Positions 19,362 to 34,262 are shown, numbered from the stretch's first letter. The stretch is 64,000 nt of DNA from Acidobacteriota bacterium (GCA_963666215.2 CAXWPL010000004.1:800001-864000), one strand, 5' to 3'. Translations and numbers: made by a program. Notes: generated by a model not told the origin, from the letters alone.

Positions 19362-19883
19362 ATGAAGTCGCGGCTTTTGCTTGGGGGGCTCTGCATTGCG
19401 GTTGCCCTTGTCGGACCGCTGGGCGTCGTGCAGCCTGCATCGGCGGATGTTTTCACCGGTCATATCAACGCTGGCAAGAGCGTCAAATTCTCGGGCACGA
19501 CCGACACGTCGACGTTGCTCCAGCTCCATGCGATCTTCTTTCACCCCAAGGCCGATCCGGACATTCTGATCACCACCGGAACCGGTAGTGATCTGGAGAC
19601 CCTGCTCGACAGCAAGTCGGGGGTCCTGCGCCTTGAAACCGCCGGGCTGGGGGTCGTTGGAGCCACGAAGATCACGATTACGTTGACCAACAACGGGCCG
19701 AGCCGAACGCGCTTCGCGCTCACCATCACCGAGATTTCCGACGCGGGCTCCTCGAAGGGTGCGTCGATTCGTCTGCAGCAGGTGGGCGGGTTCGATGCCG
19801 ATGGTGCGGTGTCGAGCGACGAAGACCGCGCCCTGCAGCTGCTCGTGCGGCAGCAGCGGGCGAGCAAAGGCCTTGGCTCATAG
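19362..19883 (+). CDS. Secreted hypothetical beta-sandwich protein
   Basis: SD GGAGG, signal peptide ending PASA-D; followed by a terminator. Confidence 0.7.
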   Translation: MKSRLLLGGLCIAVALVGPLGVVQPASADVFTGHINAGKSVKFSGTTDTSTLLQLHAIFFHPKADPDILITTGTGSDLETLLDSKSGVLRLETAGLGVVGATKITITLTNNGPSRTRFALTITEISDAGSSKGASIRLQQVGGFDADGAVSSDEDRALQLLVRQQRASKGLGS

Positions 19884-19907
19884 TACGAGCCCAGCGGGTC
19901 TGAAGTA

Positions 19908-19942
19908 GAAAGGGGGGCGGCCGTTGCGGCCGCCCCTTTTTT
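19908..19942 (+). terminator. Rho-independent terminator, probably bidirectional
   Basis: GGGGCGGCCG-TTG-CGGCCGCCCC followed by TTTTTT, between convergent genes. Confidence 0.85.
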
Positions 19943-19995
19943 CGTCGTCGGCCCGTCGCAGGCTCCGCGGGGAGCTTCACGAGCTCCTCGTCGAC

Positions 19996-20529
19996 TCAGG
20001 CGCTCGTTGCCTCGAGCCGACGTTCGATTTCCGGTCCGAGAGCTCGCCAAGACCAGTGTGGTGACTTGCCAACCTCGATCTCGTGGCCGTCGAGAATGAC
20101 CTCAGCCACGCCGTCGAGCGCGAATAACGCGGACGCCACACGGTCGGACTGAGCTCGGCGCTTGCCCTCAAAGACTCTCTTGGGGTCGAGCGCGGTGCCA
20201 TGCCACGCGAATCGTCGCCGCGGCGACTCCGCCTCGATCAGGTCGCGGATGTCCTCGACGCCGAGCGCCTGCCTGAGCAGGCTTTCGATGGGCAACAGCA
20301 GCGGTGTCCACTCGGCGCTCCGCTCCTTGCGGAGCCGCACCTTGTAGGGGTTCAGGCTGATGTCGCGCACACCGCTCATGCTGAGCAACGTGCGCACCCA
20401 GTCGCGATGACGACGGTTGTCGGGAGGCAGCGCCGGTCCGTAGGACTCGACGACGTGGTCCGTGAGAATGTCGTCGGTGTGGACCACGAGCACGTGCGGA
20501 TTTACAGGAAACTCGCGCAGGGCCTTCAT
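19996..20529 (-). CDS. Protein with two Nfu/NifU N-terminal-like domains
   Basis: Repeated pattern: LLSMSGVRDISL...RKERSAEW and ALFALDGVAEVIL...GKSPHWSW...PEI. Confidence 0.65.
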   Translation of the reverse strand: MKALREFPVNPHVLVVHTDDILTDHVVESYGPALPPDNRRHRDWVRTLLSMSGVRDISLNPYKVRLRKERSAEWTPLLLPIESLLRQALGVEDIRDLIEAESPRRRFAWHGTALDPKRVFEGKRRAQSDRVASALFALDGVAEVILDGHEIEVGKSPHWSWRALGPEIERRLEATSA

Positions 20530-20715
20530 GTTGAGTGAATTCTCGAGGGGGACCTGGCGGAGACCCATCGGCTGCCTCACGGCGAGGGGCTGCGACCAAG
20601 CTAGCAGCGTCGGGCACCGTCCAGCAAGGACTCGTCTCCCAACCTCGGAGCCCAAAGCCCGGAGCTCCGGACCGTGGCCTGCGCAGGTGGGAGCGATGAG
20701 CGCGCGTCTTTGTCT

Positions 20716-21282
20716 CTAGGCCGCGGCGAACAGATTGGGCAGCTTGCCGAGGATTCGCCAGTCGAAGCTACTCGCCTCGTTTGGCTCCTTGCGGTGCAGT
20801 CGGGCCATGATGGCGCCGCGCCAGGCGAGGGCCTGCGGCGGATTGGCCGACAGAACCTCAACCAGCTTGATGGCCGGCAGCTCGATGAACACCGAATCGA
20901 CCCTCGTAGTCGCTGTATAGCGACGCTCGGGCTCGCCGAGCAACGCGAGATCGCCGAACGTGGCGTATGGACCGAAGACTTCGTAGCTCGTGGAGGAGCC
21001 GCTAGCAGAGCTTCGCTCGACGGTGACGGCACCGTCGAGAAGGATGAACACGCGATCGGCAGATCCGCCCTGGACGAAGATTCGCTCTCCCTCGAAAGCC
21101 AGGCGGCAAACCGCTGAGCGCGCCAGCCCGACGAGGTCGTGGGAGTCGATGTCCGCCAGGTGGGCACAGTTGGCCAGCAGCATCGAGCTTACACCTCGCC
21201 TCGAAGGGTTCGACACGATCGCTGTTCGAGTCGACGCGCCGTTCCTGGGGCTTCGACGAGTCCGGCTTGCTCTTGTAGACAT
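20716..21282 (-). CDS. Stand-alone cyclic-nucleotide-binding domain protein
   Basis: GERIFVQGGSADRVFILLDGAV...FGDLALLGEPERRYTAT, with no Crp-type HTH after it. Confidence 0.8.
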   Translation of the reverse strand: MSTRASRTRRSPRNGASTRTAIVSNPSRRGVSSMLLANCAHLADIDSHDLVGLARSAVCRLAFEGERIFVQGGSADRVFILLDGAVTVERSSASGSSTSYEVFGPYATFGDLALLGEPERRYTATTRVDSVFIELPAIKLVEVLSANPPQALAWRGAIMARLHRKEPNEASSFDWRILGKLPNLFAAA

Positions 21283-21581
21283 GCGAATACCTCTCGTTGG
21301 CTCTTGTCGAGCGGGGAAGGCCCGGACCCTGCTGTCTCGCGGAATCACCCTCGGTGGCGGGTGCTCTTGACTCTCTTGGACGCCAACGGCCGGAAGGTTT
21401 CCCCTCCACGATGACAAAAACGTATCGCCCGTCACGTCAGGCGATAGCCGTGGGCCTAGACAGTGCTCGCGATTGCGGCCAAAGTATCGGGCGGACGAGC
21501 GTCGGCGCTGGCACCGAACACCTGCCGGAACGGGTACATCTGGTCGATCCGATGGGGAGAAGAGGGCGCCGGCCTGCCCCG

Positions 21582-21941
21582 ATGAACGGAGGAACACCAA
21601 TAAAAGCCAAGGAACGTCGAGTTGGAGAGGTCGTTGTCGTCGACCTGAAGGGCAAGCTGACAATCGGCGTCGGTGACGTCGTCCTGCGTCAGGTCGTTCA
21701 AAGCCTGACGGAGCGCGGCGAGACGAAGATCCTGCTGAACCTGGAATCGGTTGGCTACATGGACAGCGCCGGAACCGGTGAGCTCGTCGCGACACACTCG
21801 TCGGCGAAGGAGCAGGGCGTCAGCCTCGAGCTCCTTAACCTGAGCGCCAAAGTCCGCGATCTGCTCCACTACACACAGCTGGTCTCGGTGTTCGAGAGCT
21901 ACGCTGATCTCGACGAGGCGGTGAGGAGCTTCGCCGACTGA
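21582..21941 (+). CDS. STAS-domain anti-sigma factor antagonist
   Basis: VVVVDLKGKLTIG...ILLNLESVGYMDSAGTGEL, with the phosphorylatable Ser. The true start may be ATA 21600 (see findings). Confidence 0.9.
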   Translation: MNGGTPIKAKERRVGEVVVVDLKGKLTIGVGDVVLRQVVQSLTERGETKILLNLESVGYMDSAGTGELVATHSSAKEQGVSLELLNLSAKVRDLLHYTQLVSVFESYADLDEAVRSFAD

Positions 21942-22016
21942 CGAATCATCTTCGGCGGCTTCAACCAGGACTCACGATTTGCCTCATGGCCGAGCCGGTG
22001 TTATCCCTAGCCCGCC

Positions 22017-23260
22017 ATGAGTCGAGATCGAGCGGCCAGTAGGATCGCACCGAACAGTCCGCCGGCCCGACTTGTGCTTGCCGACGGCACCATGTTCGTC
22101 GGCCGCGCCTTCGGAGCCCGCTCGGTGAATGTGGGCGAGGTGTGCTTCAACACCAGCCTCACCGGCTATCAGGAGATCCTTACCGATCCCTCGTACGCCG
22201 GGCAGATCGTCGCTCTCACGGCAACACAAATCGGCAACGTCGGCGTGAACCCGGAGGACGCTGAGTCCGCGAGGCTGTTCCTGTCGGGCTTCGTGGTGCG
22301 CGAGCTTTGCGACACTCCAAGCAACTGGCGTTCCGAGCGCGGGCTCATCGAGTATCTCGCAGACGCCGGCGTGCCCGCCATCGAGGGCATCGATACCCGT
22401 GCGTTGGTCCGCCGTATCCGCGACCACGGTTTCCAGATGGGCGTCTTGTCCACGGACCCCGAGGCGCAAGACGAAGCCGAGCTGCGGGCCTTGGCCGGCT
22501 CGGCACCAGCTCTCGCCGACCGCGATCTGGTGGCCGAGGTGACGTGCCGCGAGCCCTACCGCTGGAGCGAGCCCTCCTGGGCAGGCATTGAAGGTAGGTT
22601 GCCGCGACCGCGGGTGCCACAACCGCTGTTGAACCTCGTGGCCTACGACTACGGCATCAAGCGCAACATCCTGCGGTTACTCGTTGACCAGGGCTTCGAG
22701 GTGACCGTGGTGCCCGCAACGACGACGGCCGCCGTCATCGATGAGATGTCGCCCGACGCGGTGTTCCTGTCGAACGGGCCCGGGGACCCGGCGGCAGTGC
22801 GTGAGGTCCGGGAGATTGTTCGGCAGTTGGCCAACAGCTATCCGATTTTCGGCATCTGCCTCGGCCACCAGATCCTCGGCCTGGCGCTCGGTGGCAGTAC
22901 GCACAAGCTCAAGTTCGGTCATCACGGGGGCAACCAGCCCGGCAAGGACCTGGCCACGGGCCGCGTCGCGATCTGCGCCGAGAACCACGGCTACGCCGTC
23001 GACGCCGATTCTCTGCGCGCGGCCGGCGAGCCGGTGGAGATTACCCACATCAATCTCAACGACGGTACTGTTGAGGGGCTGGCGCACGCTACCAAGCCGC
23101 TGTTCTCGGTGCAGTACCACCCCGAGGCTTCACCCGGGCCACACGACGCCGGTTACTTCTTCGATCGCTTCCGTGACCTCGTGCTGCGGCACCGCGCCGG
23201 GGAGTCGGTCACCGGCCTCGATGTGGCGCGATCGGTGGATCAGAGCCAGGGTGTCACCTG

Positions 23261-23261
<1 letters not shown>
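22017..23261 (+). CDS. carA: Carbamoyl-phosphate synthase small subunit
   Basis: [29 protein letters not shown] and SVQYHPEA motifs. Confidence 0.98.
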
Positions 23262-26521
<3,260 letters not shown>

Positions 26522-29500
26522 AAGCCCTCTCGGGCGCGAACCGTCACACCACGTCGGGTGACCCGAATCCGCGCGCTACGCCAACGCGATTCCGCCGTTT
26601 CCGGATCGCCGAGGCCGAGCGTCGTTGGATCGATGCCGATGACGTAGCGCATCCGCGTGTCGCGCAGGATCTGTTCGAAAGCTTGGCTGAAATCGGTGCC
26701 GCCGAGAAACGGAATGCCACCCGTGTCGCGCGCGAGAGAGTTGAGCGGGCCTTGTAGGCTGAGCCGCGCTTCGGTGGCGAACGCGCGGCCGGCGAAGAAC
26801 GACGCTTCCATGTCGGCGCCCACCAGTCCGCCGCCGCCGATGGTGTCGACGGTGTACACGCTACAGCGGCAGCGGCGCAGGCTCTCGGTGAGAGCGGCGA
26901 CTTCGGTGCGCAGGTCGGTGCTCGTGAGGTTGATCGTGCCGCGGAAGTCGAGCGCCTGTTGCGAGCTGTACTGCTCGATGATGCTTTGCGCCGTGCTACC
27001 CGCTCGCAGCTCGAAGCCGCCCGAGAGCAACACCCAAGTCTTCGGTCGATTCGTCGGGTCTCCGTCCACGAGCGCAGTCGCCAGCTCGGTGAGTGCGCGG
27101 ACCAGATCGGTGCCTCGGGCCGCCTCCTGCATCACGAATGTTCTCGCCAGCGTACGCGCCGAGCGGATCTTGAGCTCCTCCCAGTCGGAACAGCTCGTGA
27201 AGCAGTTCGAGAACCTGCCGGCGGGCTGCGGGGTGCATTGGTTGCTGCCACAGTCACCAATCGGACATCCGTCGTTGCGACAGAGCTCGCCTCCAACGTC
27301 ACGCACGATCTGCTCGAGGTAGTGACTGCTGCTGTCGAAGGCGTTGCCGCGCAGACGCTCCAGCGACTCGGCGATCAGCGTGTGGTTGTCCGTGAAGCCG
27401 GTGACGATGCGGAACGTTCTGGTTGCTCCGACCTCTACGACCGCCACCAGATCGTCGGGCGCCAGCCCGTTGGCGACAAAGTCGACGGCTTCGTCGAGCA
27501 TGCCTGTCCAATCCGACGAGGATGTGGTCAACAGGTCGGCGACAATCACGAAATTACGTCGCACAGGCGCCACCGATTCGGTCACCCCCGGTGCTAATGG
27601 GTCGAGGAAAGCTGTCGGCGCAGTGGAGCCCTCCAACCGAACGAAGCTGGGAGTTACCGTCTGTCCCTCGATCTCGATCGTGAAGTCGTCGGCCGACAGG
27701 TCGGTAACGAAGCGATCGCTCGAGTCCCAGACGCCGGCATCCAGAGCGACGATCTCGACCACCGATGCAAAAGTCGGAACTTCTTGGAACCCGTCGCTGG
27801 GCCCAGGAAGTCTCAGTCCCGCTGCTCCCGACGTGCCGACACCGCGGGTGCGCCGCTCACTCGTTGCCGCAAGCCGCGCAAAAGCCGCCGGGTCGTCGGG
27901 ATTGAGCTCGTCGTCGAACGCGAGGTCGACCACCCAGTTGCGCACGGACTCGGCGCCCACGGCGGCAACGGTGCCGGCCAACAAATCGCGCCACATCGCT
28001 GCGCCCGTCGAACGCGTAGCGCCAAGAGCCGCGCCCATCGCCTCGGGAAGCAACCGCGCCTGCAGCGTGGGCGGCAAGCCCTGGTCTTCCAACTGCACCG
28101 CCAAAGCCACGCGCACATCGAATAGCCGGCTGTACAGCGCGGGGTCTGCGACGGAGTGGCCAGCCTCTCCGTAGGGCACCATCGGCGGCTCGCGCAAGCC
28201 GAGGTATTCGCCTCGACGCCCGGCGGGCATGCCGATCATCTGATCGAGCTTCCAGCGCAGCTCGGCGTTGTTGTCGAGAGGCGTGTTGTCGGCGAGGCGG
28301 CCGAGAAAGTAGAGGTTGCCCGGCGTCAGCAGGCCGGAGGCGGCAAATCGATTGCCGCTGGTGATGGCGTCGATCAGCGCCTGGGCTTGGTGGGGTCGAT
28401 AGACGCGGTAAAGAGCTTCGCGGAGTTTGGCACCGTTGGAGCTCCCTCCGCCGTCGGCTGCGAGATTGCCCGCGCCCGCGTCCGACCCCGGGGCCGGAAG
28501 CTCCGGATTGCGGGCCTCGATCGCGGCATCTACCCAGCTCCGGCCGATCTCGTGCATGCGCGCCACGTAACTCTGCACCGCGGCGTCGAGCGAGCCGTAG
28601 TGGAGGAAACCGATCGTCGCCCCCCAGGTCTCGTCCACCGTCTCGTCGAGCTTGGCGCCGCCGCGGGCCAGAGCCGCCGACTGCAGGTTCCAGCGACCGA
28701 GGCTGGCCGGCACACCCATAAGGCTGTTGCGTAGGATCGCGCCTTCCGTCTCGTGCCACGTCTCCGCAGTCGACTGCCAGGCTCCCACCCATTGGCGAGC
28801 GTCGCCCGGTATCGATTGCGGCTCGACGACATGCGGCCATACGACGTGACGATGTTCGCCGAACGGATCTTCGCTGTTTCCGAGGTGCAGGCCGTACACC
28901 AGGCCAACGAGCGCGTCGCCGAGCCATGAGCTCGCGGCGTAGCGCAGCCGCGTGCCCACATCGGCGTCATAGCCTCCGGCACGCAGAGCCGCAGCGAAGC
29001 TCTCGCCGCGCGCAAAAAGCTCAGGCCTCGCGATCGGTACCGCCAACGCTTCGTCCAGATCACCCCGCACGGCGGTCGGTGGTACTGCCTGCCTGACCTC
29101 ATCGAGCAGCTCGAGCACGCGGTCGGCAGCGGAGGCGGCATCGCCAGGGGCGCTGGCAGCCAGCGCGTCGAGCTCCAGAAGGTGCTCGACGGCCGGCACG
29201 TGTTGCGTACCAACGTGGGTGCTGAGCTGCTCGCCCAGTACCCGCGCTGGAGAGTACGTGTATGGAATGCCGTCGACCTCGATCGACTGCTCGCTGATGC
29301 CACCGATGAGACCCGCACGAATGACGTGGCGGCGGGCCTCTTCGTCGGGGTCCCAACCGAGCGCCAGCAGCCCTTCTGCAACGCGCGGTGACAGCTGCAG
29401 CCGATACCATTCCGCCAGTCGCGTGCCATAGCCGCGGGCCGCGTTGCGGTCGTCGCGCGAGCTCGGGACGTTCGTGCCCTGGCCGTCCATTTCGAGGTCG

Positions 29501-31154
29501 AACAGCGCGCGCAGAACGCCATCAACTCGATCACGCGCGATCGTCTCGTTGAGCATCAGGCGGTGCACGAGCAGCAGCGTGGCCTGCAGCTGTCGGGTAC
29601 TGTGGATTCGGGTTTCGTCGTGTCCGATGGTGGCGACCGCGCCCACGTGGCGAGCGAACGCTGCGGCGGTTTGCGGTGCCAGGGGTATCGGCAGGGTGAG
29701 GAAACCGAGCGCTTGTGACAGCTCCGGGTGTGAAATCAGAGCGGCGAGTGCCGCGGCCGCGGTTGCTTCGGGCTGATAGCGTGTCGCGGCACTGCCCTCG
29801 AGGAACCGCCGGATCGCGCCCGCCGGGCCGAGTTGTGCCGCCGAGCCGGAGGCGAGACGTTCGATCAGCAACGCGTCGTTCGAGGCCGTCGAAGCCGCCG
29901 AATTCCCCGATCCGAGCCAGACGCCAGCGCCGCCAGGCCACGCCAGGCCACGGCCGTCGTTGCGCAGCCTGAGGTCAGCGAACAGGTCGGCGAGGTCACC
30001 CGGCCAGCGAATCCACTCACTCGCGTTGTTCCCAGGCGGCAGGCGGATCGAGGCGACGAGCCGTCTTGCCCAAGCGGCGCGCTCTTCTGGCGATGGAGCA
30101 CCGAGCGTGAGCAGGTAGTGGGCCCGCGCCGGAGGGGTCAGGGTCAGCGCGCGCCACAGATGCGCCGCCGGTCGATGGCTGCGTGCCAGGAGCGCGCCGA
30201 GGATCGAGCTCGTGGTTCCTGCCGAAGGAAGGCCGAGCGCGGCGCTCCAGGCGTCGATATCCCCACCGGGTAGCTTCAGCGTCCCTGCGGAGCCGCCCCC
30301 GGAGGCTCTCAGATAGGGGGCCAGCTGCAGCAAACCGCTTCGCAGCTCATCGTCTTCGTACAGCCGGACGGGGCCGATGGTGCTCAGAACCAGCGTCTGC
30401 GTGGGTGAGTCGAGTTGCGCGAGACCGAGCAACAACGCGCGCGCACGTGCGTCGCGGACGAACACGCCGAAGGCCTCACCGCCCGCCAGGGAGCGGCCGA
30501 GGATGTTCTCCCATGTCGCAACACCGAGCAGCAGCGGTTCCATACCCTCGTCGACCACGATCTCGATCGTTTCGCCCGCCGCCCAGCGGCGTGCCACTCG
30601 ACTGAGCGGCAGGCCGAGATAGCCGAGCAGGTCGCGGCGCAGTGACTCGCGCGCACCGCCAACGCGCTCCAGGTCGAGGCCACGCTCGGTCGTGAGACGC
30701 AGCCCGAAGAAAGCCAACAGCGCTTCCGCCTTGCGGTACGCGGCGCCTGACGCGGCGAGGCTCGGCAAGACGCCGGCGTACATACCATCGAGCTCGGCAA
30801 GCCGGTCGCGCAGCGCGTCGAGCTCGTCGAGGAACCGCTCGAGGCGCTCCGCACGGGACGCGAGCGCGGGGTCCGAGAGAGCCTCCGCCATCTGCGGCAG
30901 CAGGTCATCGAACCCCAGCCGCAGGCCCACGGGGGCGGGCAGGCCGAGCGCGGCGCGGACAAACGCTTGTCCACCGGGAACGGCGATGGTCTCTTCTTGA
31001 GCCGGCGGAAGTGGAGGCGCCGGCGCGACGGGATTGCCGCTGCGAGCGAGCACAGGCAACGTCAACAGCCCGAACATGGCGCTCGCCGTGAGCACGCGTA
31101 GACGTTTCCGCCACATGCAATCCGGTGTGGCGCCTGGTTGGTGGTTTGCACTCA

Positions 31155-32350
31155 TCACTGCTCGTTAAAGTAGCCCGCCTTGTGGCGTAGCAGCACGTCG
31201 CGGCGGGCGATATCGATTTCGATGTCGTGCCATCCGGGCGCGGAGTCGCTCGGGCGGTAGGAGAGGAAGTACAGAGCCCGCATCTTGTGTGCGATCTCGG
31301 TGAAGATCTCGGGGAGCTTGTCGGTGTTGCGCTCGAAATAGGCCTCGCCTCCGGTGGCGTCGGCGATTGCCTCGAGCTGCTCGCGAAGCTGACGATTCTG
31401 AAGAGCTTCTCCCTGGCCAAGCGCGAAAACGGTGACCCCGACCTCGCGCACACGAGCGATGACGCGCCCAAGTGGGTTGCGACTCTGGACGTTCTCCCCG
31501 TCGGTGAACAGGAAAATCACCCGACGCTCCGGTGTTGAGGCGCCCTTGTCGATCTCCTCGAGCTGACGGAGCCCGTACAAGAGGGCGTCGTAGAGCGCGG
31601 TGTCCCCGTTGGCAACGATGCCTCGAGCGAAGGCCGAAACCATATCGAGGCGCTCGGTGAACGGAGTGTAGCTGTGAATCCGATGGTTGAAGCCCATCAA
31701 ACGCACCTGATCGCCGGGAGCTAACTCCTGCAGGAAGACGCCGATGGCGTCGATTGTCTCCGGCATCTTCTCGGACATGCTGCCGCTTTGATCAACCAGC
31801 ATTGCCACGCGCAGTGGCGCCTCGGTGCGCACAAAGCGCAGTGCTTCTTGGACCACGCCATCGTCTTTGATCGTTAGCTCGTCGAGCCTGACGTCCGAGA
31901 GGAAGTTGTCGTTTCGAGCCACTGCCGCCAAATTGAGGCCAACTGCGTCGACGCCGACGCGAAAGACGGGCGCGTCGATCGTCGAGTAGGAGCCCTCGGC
32001 TACGCCCTCGAGGCCGGCTGCGTCGTGAGCGACCACGCGAACGAAAAAAATCTGCGAGTTGCGTGGCAACACCGTGGCCCAGCGATAGGGAGGCGCCTCG
32101 AGGATGCCCAACGACGTGTCGTTGAGGAAGGCTTCCACGCGCGCGATCTCAGACCGGTTCGGAGATCGCACGAGTGCTTGCACCACGAGCGGGTCGGAGG
32201 GGGGTTGATCGGCGAGCGGAGTTACGATCTTCACCTCGGGCTCGAGGCGCGCCGGCACCGCGGCCTGCCTCGCCGGGCTTGCACGCGCGCCCGTAGAGGC
32301 GAGCGCGGTTGCAACCGTTAGCAGGAGGCTGAGTCGTCGGGCGTTCCTGA
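31155..32350 (-). CDS. Ig-like domain plus VWA domain protein (VWFA-related); start uncertain
   Basis: Bacterial Ig-like segment (RVEAFLND...APPYRW...VAHDAAG), MIDAS DQSGSM, TALYDAL, FTDGEN, ADATGG and LRHKAGY. Confidence 0.82.
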
Positions 32351-32439
32351 TGCCGGTGGCGCGGTACTCACAGTGCTGCCGCGCACCAGCCCCTCGAAGC
32401 CGAAGCGCCGGACGGCCGCGAAGATAACCCGCAAGGCTC

Positions 32440-34053
32440 CTAGATAATCGGGCGGCGCGCGTAGTGATTCCAGCCGAATACTTGCTTGACCGCCATTGCC
32501 AGATCAAAGCCTTTGTGCTCGACGGATTCCAGGCATTTGTTGAAGCGTGCGGGGAGAATCGCGTGGCCCTCGAACTCCTCGTTCCACGACCCAACCGAGA
32601 CGATCGGCGCCGGCAGCGCGGAAGTTCCGAGGCGATCACCGAACTGTGGCCGAACGAAGCCAGTCAAGTGATGGTCTTGCATCGTTCGCAGGAAGTCGAC
32701 GTACATTTTCCGAGTCGTCCAAAGTCGCTTGAGTCCGGTTTTGGCGAATCCCGCCGCGAGGCTGGGGATGATCAGCAGGCGACGTCCGTTGAACCGGTTA
32801 CGCATCTCACCTACGGTCGCCCAGTTGCTCTCGTTGAGTCGTTTCTGCAGCTCGACGTAGCGGCCGCAGAGATGGCCGCCATGGGCGATCACGTCCCTCT
32901 GCGATGAAGCGTGGTGATACGAGTACAGGGCGTTGAAGTTGACCAACCGACGTAGCCGGTCGTTCCCGAAATGGTCACCTTCCGACAACAAAAGCTCGTC
33001 ACCAACCAGGTAGGGGAGAGTCCCATACTCGTTGCGGAAGCGACGCCGTGCGACTTCCAGGGTGTCGTCGATCCAGTCGAACTCGCCGGTGTTCGGATCG
33101 CGTACGCCCCAGGCGTGTGTCCCGAAGAAGAAGATGACCGGCTTGCCTTCGAGCGTGAAGATACGCGTCTTGGCGGAGGCCTCGGCGAAGTGACGCGCCA
33201 TCAAGATGAAGTCGTTGATCAGCGCGTTGCGGACTTCCAGCTTGTTGAAATCGACGCGCTTCCCCGGTCCTGGCGATCCCAAATTGATGCCTGCCTCGTA
33301 GAGGAGCGCCATGTACCGCGTGCGCGCGTTCCTGGCCTGTAGGTACCCGCTGGTGTAGTTTTGCCAGATCGAGCGCCGCACGGTGGGGCTGATCCAGCTG
33401 AGGGCGTCTACGGTCACCCCGAACTCGTTCTTGAGCCGGTTGAAGCGCCATTCCACAGCAGGGTCGGAAGACGCGTAGTCGCCTTCCAGATATCCTACCG
33501 TCAGCGTCTTCCGGTTGCGCTTGGCTTTGCGGTACCAGCCGTAGTGCCAGGCCACGGTGATGGGGCGCTTGCTGGTCGACGAGGTGGTCGCTGGCGCCTG
33601 ACGCGTAAACTCGCGGTAGGCATTGAGATCGGTCTCGCCAACCCGCCCGCGAGCGAAGAGGTCGGCGCGATAGTCATAGCCCTTGTTCGGTTTGACGCTG
33701 TATCCGCGGCTGCGATCGAGCGACGCGAGGATCAGTTGCTCGTCGCTGGGCGAGAGCCTGCCGTCGCCATCGACGTCAGCCAGATAGGGCACCAAGCCGA
33801 GCGCCTGGGCCCGAGCGAGGTCGGGGCTGGCGAGGTTGCCCAAGAGCGCGCCGAGCGGCGCGCCGCCGAGGCCGAGCGCTGCGCCCAGGCCTGTGCCGGC
33901 GGTGCGGAGGACTTGGCGGCGCGAGCATTGCCCGCGAGCGCTTGGGGGAAGCCAGGCTCTGTTCACAAAGGTCGGCTGCGGTCCGTCGATTCGTGGAGCA
34001 AGGCGCGGCGGTTCAGCGCAAGCCCTCCCGGAGTGATCAGGCTCGCGCCCCAT
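32440..34053 (-). CDS. Tat-exported dockerin-like domain plus GH99/GH71-like glycoside hydrolase
   Basis: SRRQVL Tat motif; ADVDGDGRLSPSD and RADLFARGRVGETDL loop pair; VAWHYGWY, GKPVIFFF and SWNEEFEG motifs. Confidence 0.7.
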   Translation of the reverse strand: MGREPDHSGRACAEPPRLAPRIDGPQPTFVNRAWLPPSARGQCSRRQVLRTAGTGLGAALGLGGAPLGALLGNLASPDLARAQALGLVPYLADVDGDGRLSPSDEQLILASLDRSRGYSVKPNKGYDYRADLFARGRVGETDLNAYREFTRQAPATTSSTSKRPITVAWHYGWYRKAKRNRKTLTVGYLEGDYASSDPAVEWRFNRLKNEFGVTVDALSWISPTVRRSIWQNYTSGYLQARNARTRYMALLYEAGINLGSPGPGKRVDFNKLEVRNALINDFILMARHFAEASAKTRIFTLEGKPVIFFFGTHAWGVRDPNTGEFDWIDDTLEVARRRFRNEYGTLPYLVGDELLLSEGDHFGNDRLRRLVNFNALYSYHHASSQRDVIAHGGHLCGRYVELQKRLNESNWATVGEMRNRFNGRRLLIIPSLAAGFAKTGLKRLWTTRKMYVDFLRTMQDHHLTGFVRPQFGDRLGTSALPAPIVSVGSWNEEFEGHAILPARFNKCLESVEHKGFDLAMAVKQVFGWNHYARRPII

Positions 34054-34262
34054 TGTCCGGCTGGCGCTCTGGGGGAGTCGGCCCAGCTTCTGGTTCGAGG
34101 TTGAATCTATAAAAGTTCGTGATGGGACGCAATTTTGTACCGCGAGTCACGCGTTGTCGTCAAGGTGGGCGGCAGATAACGTGTAAGTCGGTGCGGCGCG
34201 TGCGGCTAGCTGCGCCGGGTGGAGCTGCTGGCGGATGTTGACCTCGCGTGCGTGGCGGAGGG

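Noticed and set aside
21300-21420. Possible riboswitch upstream of the cNMP-binding gene (GAGTCAAGAGCACCCGCC resembles B12-box or SAM fragments)
   Set aside because: The other conserved core elements are missing; a covariance-model search would be needed.
21509-21530. TGGCAC upstream of the STAS gene as a sigma54 promoter
   Set aside because: The -12 TTGC is not at the required spacing.
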